Below are positions 60,485-64,000 of a stretch of 64,000 nt of DNA, one piece after another. This DNA comes from Massalongia carnosa (taxonomy: Eukaryota). Below the pieces are notes generated by a model, which worked only from the letters and a program-made list of their open reading frames with translations, made no database searches and was not told the DNA's origin. The stretch spans positions 1,426,001-1,490,000 of the forward strand of contig OZ287067.1 in the NCBI GenBank assembly GCA_965645245.1, written 5' to 3'. The position numbers were made by a program, and so were the translations under genes. The first letter of the stretch is position 1; the number at the start of each line of letters is the position of its first letter.

Positions 60485-61196
60485 ATGGGTCGCGTTCGCA
60501 CAAAGGTATCTACAATGTCATCTTAATTGCATTTCAGAATATCCACTAATTTCCTAAAAGACCGTCAAGAAATCGGCAAAAGTCATCATCGAGCGCTACT
60601 ATCCCAAATTGACCCTCGATTTCGAAACCAATAAGCGTATCTGCGACGAGATTGCCATCATCGCATCCAAGCGCCTTCGTAATAAGGTTAGTATCTGGTC
60701 TCTGGCTTTCGTTAGAAGATATAAAGGCCAGCGCCAGAACTCGGTTCTAACACTGAGGATCTTGTAGATTGCCGGCTACACTACCCATCTAATGAAACGC
60801 ATCCAGCGTGGCCCTGTCCGTGGTATATCCTTCAAGCTTCAAGAAGAGGAGCGCGAGCGCAAGGATCAATACGTTCCCGAGATTTCGGCGCTAGACTTTA
60901 CGCAGAACTCTGAGAGCGGACAGTTGGATGTGGATGGCGAGACGAAGGACTTACTGAAGAGCCTTGGGGTATGTCTTAACCTTTCGAATCCTGCGTTTTG
61001 CTGCAAATTTTGCCGTCTGTTCATGGCGCGCTTTGGGTGTTTGGTGTATGGGCTGAAGTTCAGGTGAATGGTTTACTAACCTTTGTCGCGGGACTTTCTT
61101 TAGTTTGATTCAATTCCAGTCAACGTGGTTGCTGTGAGCCAGCAACAAGTTGCGGAAAGACCGAGGCGATTTGAGGGGAGGCCCCCCAGGACGTAA
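60485..61196 (+). CDS. RPS17: 40S ribosomal protein S17 (eS17); exons 60485-60505, 60561-60686, 60768-60968, 61104-61196
   Basis: Spliced translation begins [82 protein letters not shown]. Confidence 0.97.
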
Positions 61197-61804
61197 ATCT
61201 GCCACATCATATCCTTGATGCGTTGACGGCGGGACGACAAGAAGAGATGTCTTGTTTGGTAAGATATGTTGTAATCTTCACTTATGCGAAGACGATAGCT
61301 TGAATGAAAGCCTTTTAGTACATAAGGTGTCGCTGAGCTCCTCTACGAGGGCGAAGCTTGACTGCCAATCTCTTTACCGTGATTGTGGTGAAGTGACCAA
61401 CATTTAGCATCTTCACTAACCCTTTTGTAATGCTGAGTTAAAGTCAGGGTTGTATCCCTTAAGTGGATTACTAGAGTACTTTATTCTGAGGTAGGTGGTT
61501 TTGTTGCAGTCAAATTTTTCATTCTTGTAATTATCAAAGTCTGAACCTTTCTATTTTTTTTTCTTGGATTTACTCTTCTCTTCCCCATCAATGCCTAGGT
61601 ATTTTTGCTTTCATTCAGATGTTAAGAGCTTGACGGTGATGCAATTGACATCAAGAGGTTTCATTCAATGAAGACGAGTTAGCCAGATCTTACTCCTGCT
61701 AAGATTACCACAACCTATGCCTCGGGGTATCTTTGTTCGAACGCCTGAACACGATCATCTAGAGTTGAGATACACAGCGATATACAAATATGGCAAGAAG
61801 CCCC

Positions 61805-62674
61805 TCAAATTGTCAGCATCATATCGTCACCCTCATCCTTGCCATCGTTTAAGCTCCGTTCACTAACCTTGCCGTTACGGATTTTGGGGTTGTAACCTTC
61901 AATACAGCCATCAATACTGTTTAAAGCATGACGGCTAGGGTCTGGTGGGTGAGGCATTCTGATTCCTGGAATTGGATTCTCCTGAATGTTCAGTTCGGCC
62001 AGACCAGATCGTCTTTGAGGAGTCTTCCCATCACCCCGTTCAATCGCTAGCTCTTTCATCGCGGAAATGATGTTCTCCTTCTTGTAGTCCACGTCTAATT
62101 TATTGAAGCCTTCGACAAGTGCATTGATGCCAGTTCCTTCTTCCAAAAGTGCAAGGCCACCGCCATAATTTGTACCCCTTGCCCATACAGGCTCATCGCT
62201 TAGTTGAACTCTGATATATAGAGCTCTCTTCCCACACTCATCAGAGCACCAGCGTTCCAACTCCTGCCTTTCGACAAACTTTAAGGAATGAAAGCCTTTG
62301 CTCTTGTCATGAAGAATGCGGTATTTGGCGTCTGTACCCTCTAGCCTGTTCGGACGGGCACAAAGGACGTATCCACATTTTTTGTTGATATTGCGTTCCT
62401 TGACCAAAAGGTCATAATCTGATGGCTGAAAGGACTTTAGAAAATCTTTCACACGGATTACATCACCGGCGGACGGATAAGCTGGGTCTGAGATTGGGGA
62501 TGTAGGAAAGTCAAGGAGGATTTCTGTAGCGTTGAGAACCAGAGTTTGTACGTCTTTGCGCTGCTGAATGAGGTTGGCGTGATATAGCGCGGTTTCTCGG
62601 TTTCGCTCTTCTGGCGAAAGAGCCTGCGGAGCAGTGTTGGGTCTTGGGGTCTTCTTGAGGATTGACTTGGGCAT
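61805..62674 (-). CDS. RTR1: Rtr1/RPAP2 family RNA polymerase II CTD phosphatase-like protein
   Basis: The zinc motif FQPSDYDLLVKERNINKKCGYVLC...WCSDECGKRALY is characteristic of Rtr1/RPAP2. Confidence 0.88.
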   Translation of the reverse strand: MPKSILKKTPRPNTAPQALSPEERNRETALYHANLIQQRKDVQTLVLNATEILLDFPTSPISDPAYPSAGDVIRVKDFLKSFQPSDYDLLVKERNINKKCGYVLCARPNRLEGTDAKYRILHDKSKGFHSLKFVERQELERWCSDECGKRALYIRVQLSDEPVWARGTNYGGGLALLEEGTGINALVEGFNKLDVDYKKENIISAMKELAIERGDGKTPQRRSGLAELNIQENPIPGIRMPHPPDPSRHALNSIDGCIEGYNPKIRNGKVSERSLNDGKDEGDDMMLTI

Positions 62675-63253
62675 TTTCAGTTCTTCAGGAAAGCGGATGC
62701 CCCTAGCGGCTCTCCGATTCCGTAGGAGAAATTGATGAAATGCGAACGAGGCTCTATGAGATTAGATAAACAGAACTGGTTCTTGGATTGACGACGACTG
62801 AGCTAGAGTGCCAGGATTTGGAGGTTAGAAAGGCGATATGCGAATGCACGCCAGCATTAGCCTTGACATTAGACAGCCATTGCTACCTCACAATGAGACC
62901 TGATGTGGTAATTTACCTGAAGTTCTGATTTCATGAAGAGCTTGGTGAAGTTTTGTCTTCGGCGACTCTGAAGGTGTTTTCTCTCCGCCTCCGCCTTCCG
63001 TTGACCCCCACCATCCCACTCCCCTCCCGTGCCTGCAGGTGGGTTTTGAGCTGACGAACAGTCGCCCTCCTTTAGTTATTGCTTGGCCAGGGTGTCACTT
63101 CGTGTTCTATACAAAAAACCAGGCTTTAATAAAGACAGCACTACATGACTTAGAGCCTGAGAAAGCTGCAAATACGATAGCACTCGGGACCCTCTTGAAA
63201 CCGGATTTTCTACTTCCTGGCATCCTTTCCTCATCACCAATCTACATACAACA

Positions 63254-64000
63254 ATGGCACAGCCTCCCTTTCGAGTGAAAGCTCTCTATGAGTATTCATC
63301 ACCGCACAGCGATGATCTCAGCTTTCCCAATGACCAAGTCATAAATGTTACAGAGGAGGAAGATACAGACTGGTATTACGGGTATTACGAGGATACGCTC
63401 GGAGTCAAACATGAGGGTCTGTTTCCGAAGAACTTTGTCAAAATGCATGAGCCAGAAACACCCCCACGTCCTTCCAGGTTGAGTAGATCCAAAAAAGAGC
63501 TTGAGCCTTCTGTGCTTCCAAATCAGAGTCCTGAGGTCAATCAATCAGAGCCTCCTCCAGCTCTACCAGCAAATGTTATAACTGTCGCACTGTCGAAAAA
63601 TGGTGTTGGGAGGAGCGATGAATTAGCACCTGCAGCTACATTTGATATCACTGAAGATGTTAGATCCTCTGGAATACCGATCGTAGCACCACCTACAAAT
63701 TTGGCAACCAAACCAGCTCCTCCAGTCGCAAAACTTGGCCCGCCTCCAGTCGCTGAAAAGCCAGCTACCGGGTCCTTTCGAGATCGTATAAATGCATTCA
63801 ACAAACCCGCCGCGCCTGTAGCGCCATCAAAGCCAAGTGTGCTCGGAACTCCGGGTGGCTCTAGCTTCGTAAAGAAGCCTTTCGTCGCTCCACCACCAAG
63901 TAAAAATGCCTATGTACCTCCTCCGCGTGAGCCCCCACCACAGAAATTTTACAGAAGAGAGGAGGATCCAGAAGTTGTGGCACAATCATCAAACAACGTG
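63254..64000 (+). CDS. BBC1: N-terminal SH3, proline-rich actin-patch protein (Bbc1/Mti1-like), truncated by the window end
   Basis: Starts MAQPPFRVKALYEYSSPHSDDLSF...DWYYG...GLFPKNFVK (SH3), followed by a Pro-rich region and GSFRDRINAFNKPAAP. The frame stays open to the end of the window and is not in the ORF track. Confidence 0.8.
   Translation, partial: MAQPPFRVKALYEYSSPHSDDLSFPNDQVINVTEEEDTDWYYGYYEDTLGVKHEGLFPKNFVKMHEPETPPRPSRLSRSKKELEPSVLPNQSPEVNQSEPPPALPANVITVALSKNGVGRSDELAPAATFDITEDVRSSGIPIVAPPTNLATKPAPPVAKLGPPPVAEKPATGSFRDRINAFNKPAAPVAPSKPSVLGTPGGSSFVKKPFVAPPPSKNAYVPPPREPPPQKFYRREEDPEVVAQSSNNV

Noticed and set aside
60969..61103. Longer RPS17 intron 3 as a possible snoRNA host
   Set aside because: I saw no C box with terminal stem and no clear H/ACA architecture.
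1..64000. CRISPR arrays, secondary-metabolite cluster, intact transposase or retroelement
   Set aside because: I saw no repeat-spacer structure, no PKS/NRPS/terpene synthase and no transposase or reverse transcriptase motifs.

Overview
Eukaryotic, intron-containing DNA from a filamentous ascomycete (Pezizomycotina; short GT-AG introns with CTAAC/CTGAC branch sites). I can support about 20 protein-coding genes, mostly conserved housekeeping and polarity genes: ATP19, MTFP1/Mtp18, an orphan with an F-box-like helix, an SMP-30/gluconolactonase, AFG1, BEM1, a SAC3/GANP (THP3-like) protein, VPS36, a 997-aa unknown protein, a very long MSB2-type signalling mucin, a BTB/POZ protein, a small two-exon dsRBD-like gene missed by the ORF track, a conserved hypothetical, queuine tRNA-ribosyltransferase, HOS3, class II chitin synthase, MRP51, RPS17, RTR1/RPAP2 and the 5' part of BBC1. 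I recognised no tRNA, rRNA, CRISPR or intact transposon. The most notable non-routine signals are: the hidden dsRBD-like gene; an about 1.1-kb ATG-depleted, uORF-bearing MSB2 leader; clustered TACNGAGTA motifs at the far edge of long promoters; GC3-rich gene 3' ends next to low-complexity islands; a 326-nt TGT intron closed by an inverted repeat; and a decayed duplicate of the BTB gene 3' end. All family calls come from motif recognition by eye, not database searches. I did not find a clearly novel multi-gene system.
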